64,000 nt of DNA from an uncultured Granulosicoccaceae bacterium (lineage in GTDB: Bacteria; Pseudomonadota; Gammaproteobacteria; CALCKW01): contig CALAMQ010000089.1 in NCBI GenBank assembly GCA_937925815.1, positions 16,173 to 80,172 on the forward strand. The letters are read 5' to 3'. Shown here piece after piece: positions 29,367-39,091 of this stretch (its first letter is position 1; every line of letters starts with the position of its first letter). Under the pieces are notes generated by a model that made no database searches, was not told where the DNA came from, and was given only the letters and a program-made list of their open reading frames with translations. Both the position numbers and the translations under genes were made by a program.

Positions 29367-30262
29367 GCAAGCACTTTCTGCTCGACACCGACCTCGATGC
29401 TGCCACGTACAGATCCCTGCTTGAGCGCGCGCGTGAACTCAAAGCGCTGCAACGCGCCGGCACACCGCACCGCACACTGGACGGCAAAGTGCTGGCCATG
29501 ATTTTCGAAAAATCCTCGACGAGAACCCGAGTGTCATTTGAAACCGGCATTTACCAGCTGGGCGGCATGGGCCTCTACTTGAGCACGCGCGACAGCCAAC
29601 TCGGCCGCGGCGAACCCATCGCCGACACCGCGCGGGCGCTCAGTGAGATGGTCGACGCGATCATGATCCGCACCTTTGCGCAGGACACCGTTGAGCAGCT
29701 CGCTGAGCACGGGCGCGTTCCTGTGATCAACGGCTTGACCGACTCCTACCACCCCTGCCAGCTGCTGGCCGACATGCAAACTTGGTTCGACCGCCGCGGC
29801 GACATCCGTGGCGCGCGTGTCGCCTGGATTGGTGATGCGAACAACGTCTGCAACTCGTGGATGCTGGTCGCCAAACACCTTGGATTTGAGTTGCATATTG
29901 GCTGCCCGCCGGGCTTCGCTCCAGACCCCGATTTACTCAAACTCTGCGGTTCTTCTGTCACGGTCCACCAAGATCCAAGAGCCGCGATCGAGCAAGCAGA
30001 CCTCGTGACCACAGATGTATTCTCGAGCATGGGCCAAGAGGAAGAAGCCGCGCAGCGCCTGTCTGCTTTTCGTGGCTACCAAGTCGACGACACCCTGATG
30101 CAGGGCGCGTCAAAAGACGCGCTGTTCATGCACTGCCTGCCTGCCCACCGTGGCGAAGAGGTCAGTGCAGAGGTCATCGATGGACCGCAGTCTGTTGTTT
30201 GGGAACAAGCCGGCAACCGTTTGCATGCGCAAAAGGCCCTGATGGAGCACTTGATGGCTTGA
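29363..30262 (+). CDS. argF: Ornithine carbamoyltransferase
   Basis: SSTRTRVSFE, HPCQLLAD, SMG, HCLPAHRGEE. Confidence 0.9.
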   Translation: MSKHFLLDTDLDAATYRSLLERARELKALQRAGTPHRTLDGKVLAMIFEKSSTRTRVSFETGIYQLGGMGLYLSTRDSQLGRGEPIADTARALSEMVDAIMIRTFAQDTVEQLAEHGRVPVINGLTDSYHPCQLLADMQTWFDRRGDIRGARVAWIGDANNVCNSWMLVAKHLGFELHIGCPPGFAPDPDLLKLCGSSVTVHQDPRAAIEQADLVTTDVFSSMGQEEEAAQRLSAFRGYQVDDTLMQGASKDALFMHCLPAHRGEEVSAEVIDGPQSVVWEQAGNRLHAQKALMEHLMA

Positions 30263-30345
30263 GGCCACGCCGCGTCGGGGCGCGGCCTACGGCACAGAGT
30301 TTGCGTTGCAGCGGAGCAAATTCACACGTTGCTCACGTCAAAGCC

Positions 30346-31083
30346 ATGCAAACATCTCGATTCAAGGTTGTTGCGGTACATTTCGCCCTGAGCGCAGCTC
30401 TACTTGGCGCGCTGTTGTTGATCATGGTGTTTTTCTGGTACCCCAGCGGCCTGTTCGGTATTGCCGGCGGATGGCAGGGATTGCAGATCTTGGCGCCGAT
30501 TGATCTCGTGCTCGGCCCGCTGTTGACGTTGATGTTCTACCGCGCCGGTAAAAAGGGCGCTTTTCGTGACCTCGCGATGATTGGCTGCGTTCAAATTGCC
30601 GCGCTGTCCTACGGCATGCACGCCGTGTACTCACAGCGACCAGTGGCCCTGGTGTTCGCAGAGGGTGCCTTTGTCGCCATGACACCGGGCGACGCTCAAG
30701 AGGCCAATGCGAAGCTGCTGTCGAAGGACTATCAACCCATTGACCCCTCAACACTGAGCCAAGCGCGTCCAGCGGTTGTCGTTGCGAGGCCAGTACCTCG
30801 AGAGGAAATGGGCAGTTACACCGCGTCGCTCTTTAACGACATGCCTGAACTCGCCTTCAGATCAGACCGTTTTGAACCGGTGTCTGACCACATCGAGCTG
30901 CTGACCAACGCTGCGATCGGTGAGACTGTCGACAGCGAAGCCGGGGTTATCGCGGTTTTACCGCTGAAGACAAAGTACGGCAAAGGCGAATTGCGGTTGA
31001 ACCTCGAGTCCCAGCAGATCAACGCATTGAAGTTGCGTAATGACTCGACCAAACCTGCCACCGCTGCACTCAACAAACCCTGA
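30346..31083 (+). CDS. TfpX/TfpZ-like type IV pilin accessory membrane protein (tentative)
   Basis: ATG at 30346. N-terminal pattern HFALSAALLGALLLIMVFFWYP...DLVLGPLLTLMFY....K..RDLAMIGCVQIAALSYG...VYSQRPVALVF resembles this family, from memory. Confidence 0.45.
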   Translation: MQTSRFKVVAVHFALSAALLGALLLIMVFFWYPSGLFGIAGGWQGLQILAPIDLVLGPLLTLMFYRAGKKGAFRDLAMIGCVQIAALSYGMHAVYSQRPVALVFAEGAFVAMTPGDAQEANAKLLSKDYQPIDPSTLSQARPAVVVARPVPREEMGSYTASLFNDMPELAFRSDRFEPVSDHIELLTNAAIGETVDSEAGVIAVLPLKTKYGKGELRLNLESQQINALKLRNDSTKPATAALNKP

Positions 31084-31447
31084 GTTCGGTGCACAACGCG
31101 CAATTTTCTAAAAAAAAAATGTTACGCAACTCCCAAATGGGGGGTGACACTGTAGGCACACCTTATGTTGTGCACCGCACCATTCTGATTGCAATACTTC
31201 CTATTACGCATTGATTTTAAGATAGAAAAAAGCGTTTTTGCAGTGCAGATGCATTTCAAAAAACCCTCCCAGCACTGCACCACACTGATGCACCATGCGC
31301 CAAAATGGCACCCCATTTCCCGCTTGCCGAATACTCCCATTGTGGTAGTTTCTCGCCGTGACCGGCTCAAAAGCCAGTCAAATATTGTTATCGCGGATCA
31401 CACGATCCGTGATCCTTATTAAGACCTTGTCCCTTCGAGAGAACTCC

Positions 31448-32467
31448 ATGAAAACATTTACCAAAGCCGCCTTGGCAGTTGCCGCGTTCGGTGTTGTCGC
31501 AGGCAACGCGCAGGCCGGCACTCTTCAAGACGTGATGGCCAAAGGCCACGTGCAATGCGGTATCTCCACCGGTGTCCCAGGTTTCGCTTTCACTGATGAC
31601 GCGGGCAACTGGCAGGGTTTTGACCCAGCAGTCTGCCAAGCTGTCGCTGCTGCCATCTTCGGCGATGCGAGTGCCGTGAAATACACCACCACCACCGGCA
31701 AGACCCGCTTCACCGCGCTCGCTTCAGGTGAAGTGGACATGCTGGCACGCAACACCACGTGGACTTTCAGCCGCGACACTGACCTCCAGTTCGAGTTCAC
31801 AGGTGTGAACTACTACGACGGTCAAGGTTTCATGGTCTCTAAAGACCTCGGCGTGAGCAGCGCAAAAGACCTCGACGGCGCGTCAGTCTGCATCCAGACC
31901 GGCACCACCACCGAGCTCAACCTCGCTGACTTCTTCCGCTCCAATGGCATGAGCTACGAAGCTGTGCCAATTGAAACCAACGACGAAGCACGCACCAACT
32001 ACACCGCTGGCCGTTGCGACATCTACACCACTGACGCATCTGGCTTGGCTGCGACTCGCTCAACTCTGGACGATCCTTCAGCGCACGTGATCATGCCTGA
32101 AATCATCTCCAAAGAGCCCCTCGGTCCTCTGGTTCGCCACGGCGATCACCAGTGGGGCGACGTGGTTCGCTGGGTACTCAACGCGCTGATCACAGCTGAA
32201 GAGCTCGGCGTGACCCAGGCAAACGTTGACGAAATGGCAGCTGGCACCAACAACCCAGAAATCAACCGTATGCTCGGCGCTGAAGGCGACCTCGGCGCGA
32301 TGACTGGTCTGCCAAAGGACTTTGGTCACCAGGCAATCAAAGCCGTTGGTAACTACGGTGAAATTTTTGAGCGTTTCATCGGACCGAGCACGCCAATCGG
32401 CCTCGAGCGCGGCTTGAACGCACTGTGGACTCAGGGCGGCATCCTGTACTCACCGCCGTTCCGTTGA
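31448..32467 (+). CDS. aapJ: General L-amino-acid ABC transporter, periplasmic binding protein (AapJ/BztA-like)
   Basis: ATG at 31448 gives signal peptide MKTFTKAALAVAAFGVVAGNAQA. Family-3 SBP pattern. Followed by two permease genes and an ATPase gene. Confidence 0.75.
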   Translation: MKTFTKAALAVAAFGVVAGNAQAGTLQDVMAKGHVQCGISTGVPGFAFTDDAGNWQGFDPAVCQAVAAAIFGDASAVKYTTTTGKTRFTALASGEVDMLARNTTWTFSRDTDLQFEFTGVNYYDGQGFMVSKDLGVSSAKDLDGASVCIQTGTTTELNLADFFRSNGMSYEAVPIETNDEARTNYTAGRCDIYTTDASGLAATRSTLDDPSAHVIMPEIISKEPLGPLVRHGDHQWGDVVRWVLNALITAEELGVTQANVDEMAAGTNNPEINRMLGAEGDLGAMTGLPKDFGHQAIKAVGNYGEIFERFIGPSTPIGLERGLNALWTQGGILYSPPFR

Positions 32468-32509
32468 TCATCACGGTTTTGTGCACTCTGCACACTTGAT
32501 GTGAAACTG

Positions 32510-32539
32510 ACAGGGGCCCGCCCGGGCCCCTGTTTTATT
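32510..32539 (+). terminator. Intrinsic terminator/attenuator between the binding-protein and permease genes
   Basis: Stem ACAGGGGCCC (32510-32519) pairs with GGGCCCCTGT (32524-32533), loop GCCC, followed by TTTATT. Confidence 0.75.
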
Positions 32540-32565
32540 CAAGCTTCCTGCAAGGCGATTCTCTC

Positions 32566-33765
32566 GTGACCGACGCCACCGTTCTCACCAAACCCAGTGA
32601 TGCGTTCTCCCTGACAAAGCTCTGGTACGACAAGAAGTACCGCAGCATCATCCTGCAGATGATCGCCATGGCGCTGTTGTTCGGCGCGATCTTCTACCTC
32701 GCAGGCAACGCTGTCAGCAACCTCGAAAAACTCGGCAAGACATTCGGATTTGATTTCCTCTGGGCCCCAGCGGGCTACGACATTAACCAGCGCCTGATCG
32801 AGTACGATTCGCGCAGCTCGCACTTTCGAGCTGGGTTGGTCGGACTGCTCAATACAATATTGATCGCGGTCTGCGGCATCATTCTCTCGACGATCATCGG
32901 CTTTGCGCTGGGTGTGATGCGGTTGTCGCCTAACTGGTTGGTCAATCGCCTGAGCTACTGTTACATCGAATTTGTCAGAAATGTGCCGGTGTTGGTGCAC
33001 ATTCTATTGATACACGGTGTCATCGTCACCACCCTGCCGCGCACCAAAGACGCGCTCAATTTTGGCGACAACTTTTTTCTGTCTAACCGCGGCTTTTTCA
33101 CGCCCAAGCCGTTGGCAGAACCCCTCTTTTATGTTGTCACTGCGACCTTTGTCGCAGGCATTTTGTTCGCTTGGTACTACCGCCGCGGCGCCAGAATCAA
33201 GCAAGAGAAAACCGGTCAGCAATCACCTGTCTTCTGGGTCACGCTGGGCGCGATCATCGGCGCACCGATTGTCGCTTTCATCGTGACCGGCATGCCACTG
33301 AACTGGGAAATCCCGGAACTCAAAGGCTTCAACTTCAAAGGTGGGCTCGCACTCAAGCCTGAGTTCATCTCACTGTGGCTTGCGCTCTCGCTGTACACCG
33401 CCGCGTTTATCGGTGAAATCGTGCGAAGCGGTATTGAGGCTGTCAGCCACGGCCAAACCGAGGCTGCATCCGCCCTCGGGCTGCCGCGTGGTCGCACGCT
33501 CAACTTGGTGGTCATCCCGCAGGCGTTGCGCGTGATCATCCCACCGCTCAACAGCAATTACATGAACATCACCAAGAACTCGTCGCTTGCGATTGCGATC
33601 GGGTACATGGACGTGGTGGCAACCATCGGCGGCATCTCGCTCAACCAGACCGGCCGAGAAATGGAGTGCATGATCATCGTGTTGGGAATCTATCTGGCGC
33701 TGTCGCTGATGATTTCAAGCGTGATGAACTGGTACAACAACCGAATCAAGCTGGTCGAACGGTAG
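32566..33765 (+). CDS. aapQ: Amino-acid ABC transporter permease (AapQ/BztB-like)
   Basis: 399 aa polytopic protein. His/Glu/Gln/Arg-type permease region AAFIGEIVRSGIEAV..GQTEAA.ALGL. GTG start. Confidence 0.75.
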   Translation: MTDATVLTKPSDAFSLTKLWYDKKYRSIILQMIAMALLFGAIFYLAGNAVSNLEKLGKTFGFDFLWAPAGYDINQRLIEYDSRSSHFRAGLVGLLNTILIAVCGIILSTIIGFALGVMRLSPNWLVNRLSYCYIEFVRNVPVLVHILLIHGVIVTTLPRTKDALNFGDNFFLSNRGFFTPKPLAEPLFYVVTATFVAGILFAWYYRRGARIKQEKTGQQSPVFWVTLGAIIGAPIVAFIVTGMPLNWEIPELKGFNFKGGLALKPEFISLWLALSLYTAAFIGEIVRSGIEAVSHGQTEAASALGLPRGRTLNLVVIPQALRVIIPPLNSNYMNITKNSSLAIAIGYMDVVATIGGISLNQTGREMECMIIVLGIYLALSLMISSVMNWYNNRIKLVER

Positions 33766-33784
33766 CTTCAGGAGCGACACTGAC

Positions 33785-34894
33785 ATGTCTGAACAACAGT
33801 ATGCCCCTGGGACCCACCCAGACCTAAAGCCGCCAATTGGGCAGAGCGGCCTGCTTTTCTGGTTCCGGAAAAATTTGTTTTCCTCACCATTCAATACCCT
33901 GCTGACATTGACGACGCTGTACGTCCTGTATTTGGTGATTCCAGCGGCAACCAATTGGGCTTTTTTCGACGCCGTGTTTGTCGCCGATTCACGCGAACAT
34001 TGCCGCGAGCTTGGGCAAGGCGCGTGTTGGGCATTTATCGACAACCGGATAGAGCAATTCACTTACGGCTTCTATCCGGTCGATGAGCGCTGGCGCGTGG
34101 TGCTGTGCTTTGCACTCTTCGTGCTCGCGATGCTCCCAATCCTCTGGGACAAGACACCGGCACGCCGCCAGATGCTGTGGTTCAGCCTCGCCTTCCCGTT
34201 TATTGGATACTGGTTGCTGGTCGGAGGCTATGGACTTGAGCCAGTTGAAACCACCCGCTTCGGCGGCTTTATGCTCACAATGGTCATTGGCATCACGGGC
34301 ATTGCCTGCTCCATGCCCATTGGTATCGCACTCGCGCTCGGTCGGCAGTCCGATATGCCAATTATCCGCTGGCTGAGCACGTGTTTTATTGAGTTTATCC
34401 GAGGCGTGCCGCTGATCACGCTGTTGTTCGTCGCCTCAACGATGCTCAACTACTTCCTGCCCCCAGGTACAACCTTCGACCTGATCCTCCGCGTGTTGAT
34501 CATGGTGACCTTGTTTTCATCGGCCTACATTGCCGAAGTGGTACGCGGCGGGCTGCAGGCGATACCCAAAGGCCAGGGCGAAGCCGCTGACGCGCTGGGG
34601 CTCAACTACGGCAAGAGCATGCGTTTTATCATCTTGCCGCAGGCCTTGAAAATTTCGATCCCGGGCATCGTCAACACCTTCATCGGGCTGTTCAAAGACA
34701 CCACCTTGGTTGTCATCATTGGACTGCTTGACCCACTGGGCATCGGGCGCGCGTCGCTGTCCGATATCAAATGGGCTGGCCTCGCCGCCGAGGTCTACAT
34801 CTTCGTTGCCTTCTTCTTCTTCATCTGTTGTTTCGGCATGTCGCGGTACTCGATCTACCTCGAAAACAAGCTGCACACTGGACACAAGCGCTAG
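33785..34894 (+). CDS. aapM: Amino-acid ABC transporter permease (AapM/BztC-like)
   Basis: 369 aa polytopic protein. [31 protein letters not shown]-loop region. Confidence 0.75.
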   Translation: MSEQQYAPGTHPDLKPPIGQSGLLFWFRKNLFSSPFNTLLTLTTLYVLYLVIPAATNWAFFDAVFVADSREHCRELGQGACWAFIDNRIEQFTYGFYPVDERWRVVLCFALFVLAMLPILWDKTPARRQMLWFSLAFPFIGYWLLVGGYGLEPVETTRFGGFMLTMVIGITGIACSMPIGIALALGRQSDMPIIRWLSTCFIEFIRGVPLITLLFVASTMLNYFLPPGTTFDLILRVLIMVTLFSSAYIAEVVRGGLQAIPKGQGEAADALGLNYGKSMRFIILPQALKISIPGIVNTFIGLFKDTTLVVIIGLLDPLGIGRASLSDIKWAGLAAEVYIFVAFFFFICCFGMSRYSIYLENKLHTGHKR

Positions 34895-34907
34895 GAATCC
34901 CGACACC

Positions 34908-35681
34908 ATGAGTGACACAGCACAGAGCTCAATGACCATCTCAGACGACGTGATGATCACGATCAATGAGATGCACAAGTGGTACGGCGATTTTCACGTA
35001 CTCAAGAACATCAATTTGTCGGTCAACCACGGCGAGCGCATCGTCATCTGCGGCCCGTCGGGCTCGGGCAAGTCGACGTTGATCCGGTGCATCAACCGCC
35101 TCGAAGAACACCAGCGCGGCGACATCATTGTCGACGGCACCACGTTGACCAACGACCTCAAGAACATCGAGCAGATCCGCCGCGAAGTGGGCATGGTGTT
35201 CCAGCACTTCAACCTCTTCCCGCACCTGACGGTGATGGAGAACTGCACGCTCGCGCCAATTTGGGTCCGCAAGATGCCCAAAGCAGAAGCCGAAGCCGTG
35301 GCGATGAAATACCTCGAGCGCGTCAAAATCCCAGACCAGGCGTTCAAATACCCGGGGCAGCTCTCGGGCGGTCAGCAGCAGCGAGTGGCAATCGCCCGAT
35401 CGCTGTGCATGAACCCGAAGATCATGTTGTTCGACGAGCCCACCTCCGCGCTCGACCCCGAGATGATCAAGGAAGTTCTCGACGTCATGATCGAGCTCGC
35501 GCACGAAGGCATGACAATGATCTGCGTGACCCACGAAATGGGCTTTGCCAAGACGGTCGCCAACCGGGTCATTTTCATGGATGGCGGTGAGATCATCGAG
35601 CAGAACCCACCGTCTGAATTCTTCGAGAATCCTCAGAACGAACGCACCAAGTTGTTCTTGAGTCAGATTCTCGCGCACTGA
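34908..35681 (+). CDS. aapP: Amino-acid ABC transporter ATP-binding protein
   Basis: ATG at 34908. Walker [10 protein letters not shown], signature [13 protein letters not shown], Walker [12 protein letters not shown]. Confidence 0.9.
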   Translation: MSDTAQSSMTISDDVMITINEMHKWYGDFHVLKNINLSVNHGERIVICGPSGSGKSTLIRCINRLEEHQRGDIIVDGTTLTNDLKNIEQIRREVGMVFQHFNLFPHLTVMENCTLAPIWVRKMPKAEAEAVAMKYLERVKIPDQAFKYPGQLSGGQQQRVAIARSLCMNPKIMLFDEPTSALDPEMIKEVLDVMIELAHEGMTMICVTHEMGFAKTVANRVIFMDGGEIIEQNPPSEFFENPQNERTKLFLSQILAH

Positions 35682-35683
35682 TC

Positions 35684-36409
35684 ATGCGGCTTCGCCGGTC
35701 GCTGTGTGCGCTCGTTGCAGTATTGCTCGTGGCGTGCAGCCAGGACGTGAAGACCACTCTTCGCGCACCTGAGATCCTGTACGTGCTGCCCTTGGGTGAC
35801 TCCATCACTCAAGCTGATCGGCACCATCAGAGCTACCGCTACCCGCTGTGGGTCTCACTCGTCCAGAACGGCGTGCAATTCGACTTCGTCGGCAGTCTCA
35901 CCGAACATTCAAATGGCAAAGGTCCAGCCGTTGCAGAGGTAGATGGACGCGCTTTTGATCCAGACCACGAAGGCTACTGGGGATTGCGCGCAGACGAAGT
36001 GCTAGAGAAGCTGCGCGAGGCTGAGCAGCACTACCCGGTAGACATCGCCCTGGTTCACCTTGGCACCAATGACGTGTTGCAGGGGCAACCCATAGAATCG
36101 ACCGTCCAAGAACTCAAAACCATCATTGAAACGCTGCGGACCAAAAACCCGAGCGTCAGCGTGTTGCTGGCTCGCCCGGGTCAAAGCACGTGGTCCAATG
36201 CCAAAGCGCTTCCAGAACTGGCCGAAGCCGTCAGTGAACTCGGCCCAGTGCTAGACAGCCCCACATCGCGGGTGATTGTGGTCCCAATCGACACCGTACT
36301 CACGCCCGACAAAACCTACGATGCACTCCACCCCAACCCCGAGGGTGAAAGCCTGATAGCAGAGGCCTTCTTTAAGGCCATGCTCGAAAACGGGCTGATT
36401 CCGCGCTGA
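35684..36409 (+). CDS. SGNH/GDSL-family hydrolase, probable lipoprotein
   Basis: Lipobox-like LLVAC. Block I LGDSIT, later GTND, and D..HP near the C-terminus. Confidence 0.7.
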   Translation: MRLRRSLCALVAVLLVACSQDVKTTLRAPEILYVLPLGDSITQADRHHQSYRYPLWVSLVQNGVQFDFVGSLTEHSNGKGPAVAEVDGRAFDPDHEGYWGLRADEVLEKLREAEQHYPVDIALVHLGTNDVLQGQPIESTVQELKTIIETLRTKNPSVSVLLARPGQSTWSNAKALPELAEAVSELGPVLDSPTSRVIVVPIDTVLTPDKTYDALHPNPEGESLIAEAFFKAMLENGLIPR

Positions 36410-36450
36410 CCCAGCGATGGGTGTATGGCACCTTACTTGTATAGATTGGA

Positions 36451-36473
36451 AAGGTGCACTGACCAAGGTGCAC
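36451..36473 (+). repeat. Tandem 9-nt direct repeat AAGGTGCAC-N5-AAGGTGCAC upstream of the Mrp-like cluster
   Basis: Read directly: 36451-36459 and 36465-36473 are identical. Each copy contains the GTGCAC palindrome. Confidence 0.9.
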
Positions 36474-36676
36474 CCAGTTACGCCATGTTTTTCGCTGTTC
36501 ACCGTCCGGTGACTCAAAGCAATTGGCACCGCAGAGCCACATCAGGCTAAACCGCATTGACCCAAAACGGTTGTTAAACACCGATTTTGTGTTGATCCGT
36601 ATTCTCGTGCACTCCTGGCGTTCTGATGATGTGACATTTGCTAAGATTCTGGCGGCACACTCAAACGGCGAAAGGC

Positions 36677-37144
36677 ATGAGAAAGTTCACCACTTTGATA
36701 GTCTTGACGGCTTCCTGGCTAGCATGGTCAGGGCACTACGACGGCCTGTTGCTGTCCTTTGGTGCGGCCTCAGTGCTGTGTGTGTTCTACCTGCTCAATC
36801 GAATTGGGCTTGCCGCCCTTGATCCGCGCAGCGCCAAGACTTTTCTCAAGATGGTGCCGTACCTGCCCTGGTTGCTGCGCGAAATCATTAAGAGCAATAT
36901 CGACGTCGCCAAAATCATTTGGCAGCCAAAAATATCAATTGACCCCGCTGTGCGCGAGATTCCAGCCACCCAAGAGACGGCATTGGGTCTGGTCACTTTT
37001 GCCAACTCTGTGACGCTCACACCTGGCACTTTGAGCATCAATGCAACACCCGGCTCACTGACAGTACATGCGCTGGAGGCCGCCGCATTTGACGGCGAAG
37101 GCTTTAGCGAAATGGACCGCCGAGTCACTGGATTGGAGAACTGA
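36677..37144 (+). CDS. mrpE: Mrp/Mnh/Pha-type cation:proton antiporter subunit E
   Basis: WLAWSG...LREIIKSNIDVAKII..P...I.P......T......LVTFANSVTLTPGT pattern typical of MnhE. Start is uncertain (ATG 36677 or TTG 36638). Confidence 0.75.
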   Translation: MRKFTTLIVLTASWLAWSGHYDGLLLSFGAASVLCVFYLLNRIGLAALDPRSAKTFLKMVPYLPWLLREIIKSNIDVAKIIWQPKISIDPAVREIPATQETALGLVTFANSVTLTPGTLSINATPGSLTVHALEAAAFDGEGFSEMDRRVTGLEN

Positions 37145-37145
37145 G

Positions 37146-37427
37146 ATGTTCAGTGTTGCAATGATTGCCGTTCTGCTGACCATGCTTCTCGCACTCGCCA
37201 GAGCCTTGCTCGGACCAACCGTCTACGACCGTATTCTTGCCGTCAACAGTTTTGGCACAGCGGCCATCCTCTTTATCGCTGTGTTGGGTTTTCTCAGCGA
37301 GCGCCCCGAATTCCTCGACATCGCCTTGGTATACGCCTTGATCAACTACATCGGCACAGTCGCTGTGTTGAAATTTTTCAAATTTGGCGACCTCGGCCAT
37401 GCCGACAACGCCGAGGACACACCATGA
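37146..37427 (+). CDS. mrpF: Mrp-type antiporter subunit F
   Basis: 93 aa with 3 TM helices. LLGPTVYDRILAVNSFGT motif. Starts 1 nt after the mrpE stop. Confidence 0.8.
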   Translation: MFSVAMIAVLLTMLLALARALLGPTVYDRILAVNSFGTAAILFIAVLGFLSERPEFLDIALVYALINYIGTVAVLKFFKFGDLGHADNAEDTP

Positions 37428-37753
37428 ATGTGCTGGACATCATCAGCTGGGTACTAATTTTGATCGGGAGCTTCGCCTGCCTAACCGCTGGGCTGGGCCT
37501 GATTCGACTGCCAGACTTTTTTTGCCGCTCTCACGCCGGTGGCATCATGGACTCCCTCGGGATGGGCTGTTTATTTGCAGGCATGGCACTTCAATCTAGT
37601 AGTCCTTTGGTGCTGGTCAAACTGTTTTTCATCTACGGCTTTGTACTGTTGACAGGACCAGCGGCGATCCACGCGCTGGCTCGCGCTGCGCTTCACGCCG
37701 GGCTCAAGCCTCAACTTGGCAAAAGCACAGGGGGTGATGCATCGACGCGCTAA
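37424..37753 (+). CDS. mrpG: Mrp-type antiporter subunit G
   Basis: GLGLIRLPDFFCRSHAGG motif typical of MnhG. 4-nt overlap with mrpF. Confidence 0.8.
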   Translation: MNVLDIISWVLILIGSFACLTAGLGLIRLPDFFCRSHAGGIMDSLGMGCLFAGMALQSSSPLVLVKLFFIYGFVLLTGPAAIHALARAALHAGLKPQLGKSTGGDASTR

Positions 37754-37764
37754 TCAATTTCACC

Positions 37765-38304
37765 TTGCTCGCTATGCTGTTGGTTTTGAGTGTGGCACTG
37801 TTGCGCATCCGGGACCTCTTTACGGTCGCGATGCTGACAGGCATTTACAGCCTGGTGATTGCATGCTTTTTCATGCTGCAAGACGCTGTTGATGTGGCGT
37901 TCACTGAAGCTGCGGTCGGCGCCGGTATCACCACTGTACTTTTCTTGACCACGTTGTCGATGGTCGGACGTGAGGAAGCACCGATCAGCCGCATCAACCT
38001 GCCCGCGCTGGCCTGCGTTGCCGCCTGCGGCGCACTTCTGTTGTATGCGTCCCAAGACATGCCAGCCTGGGGAGACCCACAGGCACCTGTACACCAGCAC
38101 GTGGCGCCGCGTTACATCACCGAATCCGCAGCCGAAGTTGGTCCACCCAATATTGTCACGTCAGTGCTCGCAAGTTATCGCAGCTACGACACCATGGGAG
38201 AAGTTGGCGTGGTGTTCACCGCGGCCATTGGCGTGTTGTTGCTGCTCGGAAACGGCGCGCGACGACGCGAGGACAACGAAGATGACGCGGAGGATCAACC
38301 GTGA
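37765..38304 (+). CDS. DUF4040 / MbhD-like membrane protein (stand-alone equivalent of the MrpA C-terminal domain)
   Basis: DAVDVAFTEAAVGAGITTVLFL segment typical of DUF4040. Start is TTG 37765 or ATG 37774. Confidence 0.65.
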   Translation: MLAMLLVLSVALLRIRDLFTVAMLTGIYSLVIACFFMLQDAVDVAFTEAAVGAGITTVLFLTTLSMVGREEAPISRINLPALACVAACGALLLYASQDMPAWGDPQAPVHQHVAPRYITESAAEVGPPNIVTSVLASYRSYDTMGEVGVVFTAAIGVLLLLGNGARRREDNEDDAEDQP

Positions 38305-38741
38305 TCCAAAAACCCAGCTCCATGCGGGAAAACCCCATATTGCGGGGAGTCACCTCCATCACTTTGGGTCCGATACTGTTGTTTGCTTGGTACGTCCAAT
38401 GGCACGGTGACTACGGCCCCGGCGGCGGATTCCAAGCCGGCGTGATCTTCGCTGCGGCAATCATTGCCTACGCCCTGATTTACGGGTTGGACCGCGCCCA
38501 GCATTTCATTCCACCCAAAGCGGCAGAGATCGGTGTCATGTCGGGTTGGCTCCTGTATATCGGCACTGGCGTTTTGAATATGTTGCTCGGCGCCAATTTT
38601 CTCGACTACGACGTGCTCGCAAGTGACCCGTTGCACGGCCAACACTACGGCATATTGGCAGTCGAGCTGGGCGTAGGTATCACCGTCGCGGCCGTCATGA
38701 TCGTGTTGTTCTACGCCTTTGCAGGGAGGCGCCACCGGTGA
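38301..38741 (+). CDS. mrpB: Mrp-type antiporter subunit B
   Basis: HGDYGPGGGFQAGVIFAAA motif of MnhB. GTG start with a 4-nt overlap on the upstream gene. Confidence 0.8.
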   Translation: MIQKPSSMRENPILRGVTSITLGPILLFAWYVQWHGDYGPGGGFQAGVIFAAAIIAYALIYGLDRAQHFIPPKAAEIGVMSGWLLYIGTGVLNMLLGANFLDYDVLASDPLHGQHYGILAVELGVGITVAAVMIVLFYAFAGRRHR

Positions 38742-39091
38742 TCAGCTTGTTAAACTATTGGTTCGTTTTCGCACTGATGTTGATGGGTCTGTATGTGACC
38801 ATCGCATCGAGCAACCTCGTCAAGAAAGTGGTTGGCCTGAATATTTTTCAGACCTCAGTCTTCATCTTCTTTATCTCCATGGGCAAAGTGGCTGACGGCA
38901 CAGCGCCCATTCTCGATGAAGCCTACTCCAGCTACAGCAACCCTTTGCCGCACGTGCTAATCCTCACAGCGATCGTCGTCGGCGTGGCAACCACAGCATT
39001 GGCACTCGCGCTGATTGTGCGCATCAGAGAGGGATACGGATCAATTGAGGAGTCCTACATCCAGCAGCAAGATCGCGAGCAGTCACCATGA
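38738..39091 (+). CDS. mrpC: Mrp-type antiporter subunit C (NuoK-like)
   Basis: 117 aa with 3 TM helices. VVGLNIFQTSVFIFFI and PHVLILTAIVVGVATTALALALI fit MnhC/NuoK. GTG start with a 4-nt overlap. Confidence 0.8.
   Translation: MISLLNYWFVFALMLMGLYVTIASSNLVKKVVGLNIFQTSVFIFFISMGKVADGTAPILDEAYSSYSNPLPHVLILTAIVVGVATTALALALIVRIREGYGSIEESYIQQQDREQSP

Noticed and set aside
31171-31330. Possible NtrC/sigma-54 control of the aap transporter. Evidence was TGCACC at 31171, 31276 and 31288, and TGGCAC at 31306
   Set aside because: The TGCACC copies are direct repeats, not the inverted TGCACC-N5-GGTGCA arrangement. The nearest TTGC lies 19 nt from the GG rather than the 12 nt required for a -24/-12 promoter.
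34941-35678. 245-aa minus-strand ORF, plus the 203-aa alternative plus-frame ORF 34979..35590
   Set aside because: Both overlap the ABC ATPase gene, which has unambiguous Walker A, signature and Walker B motifs. The alternative translations have no motifs and a skewed composition.
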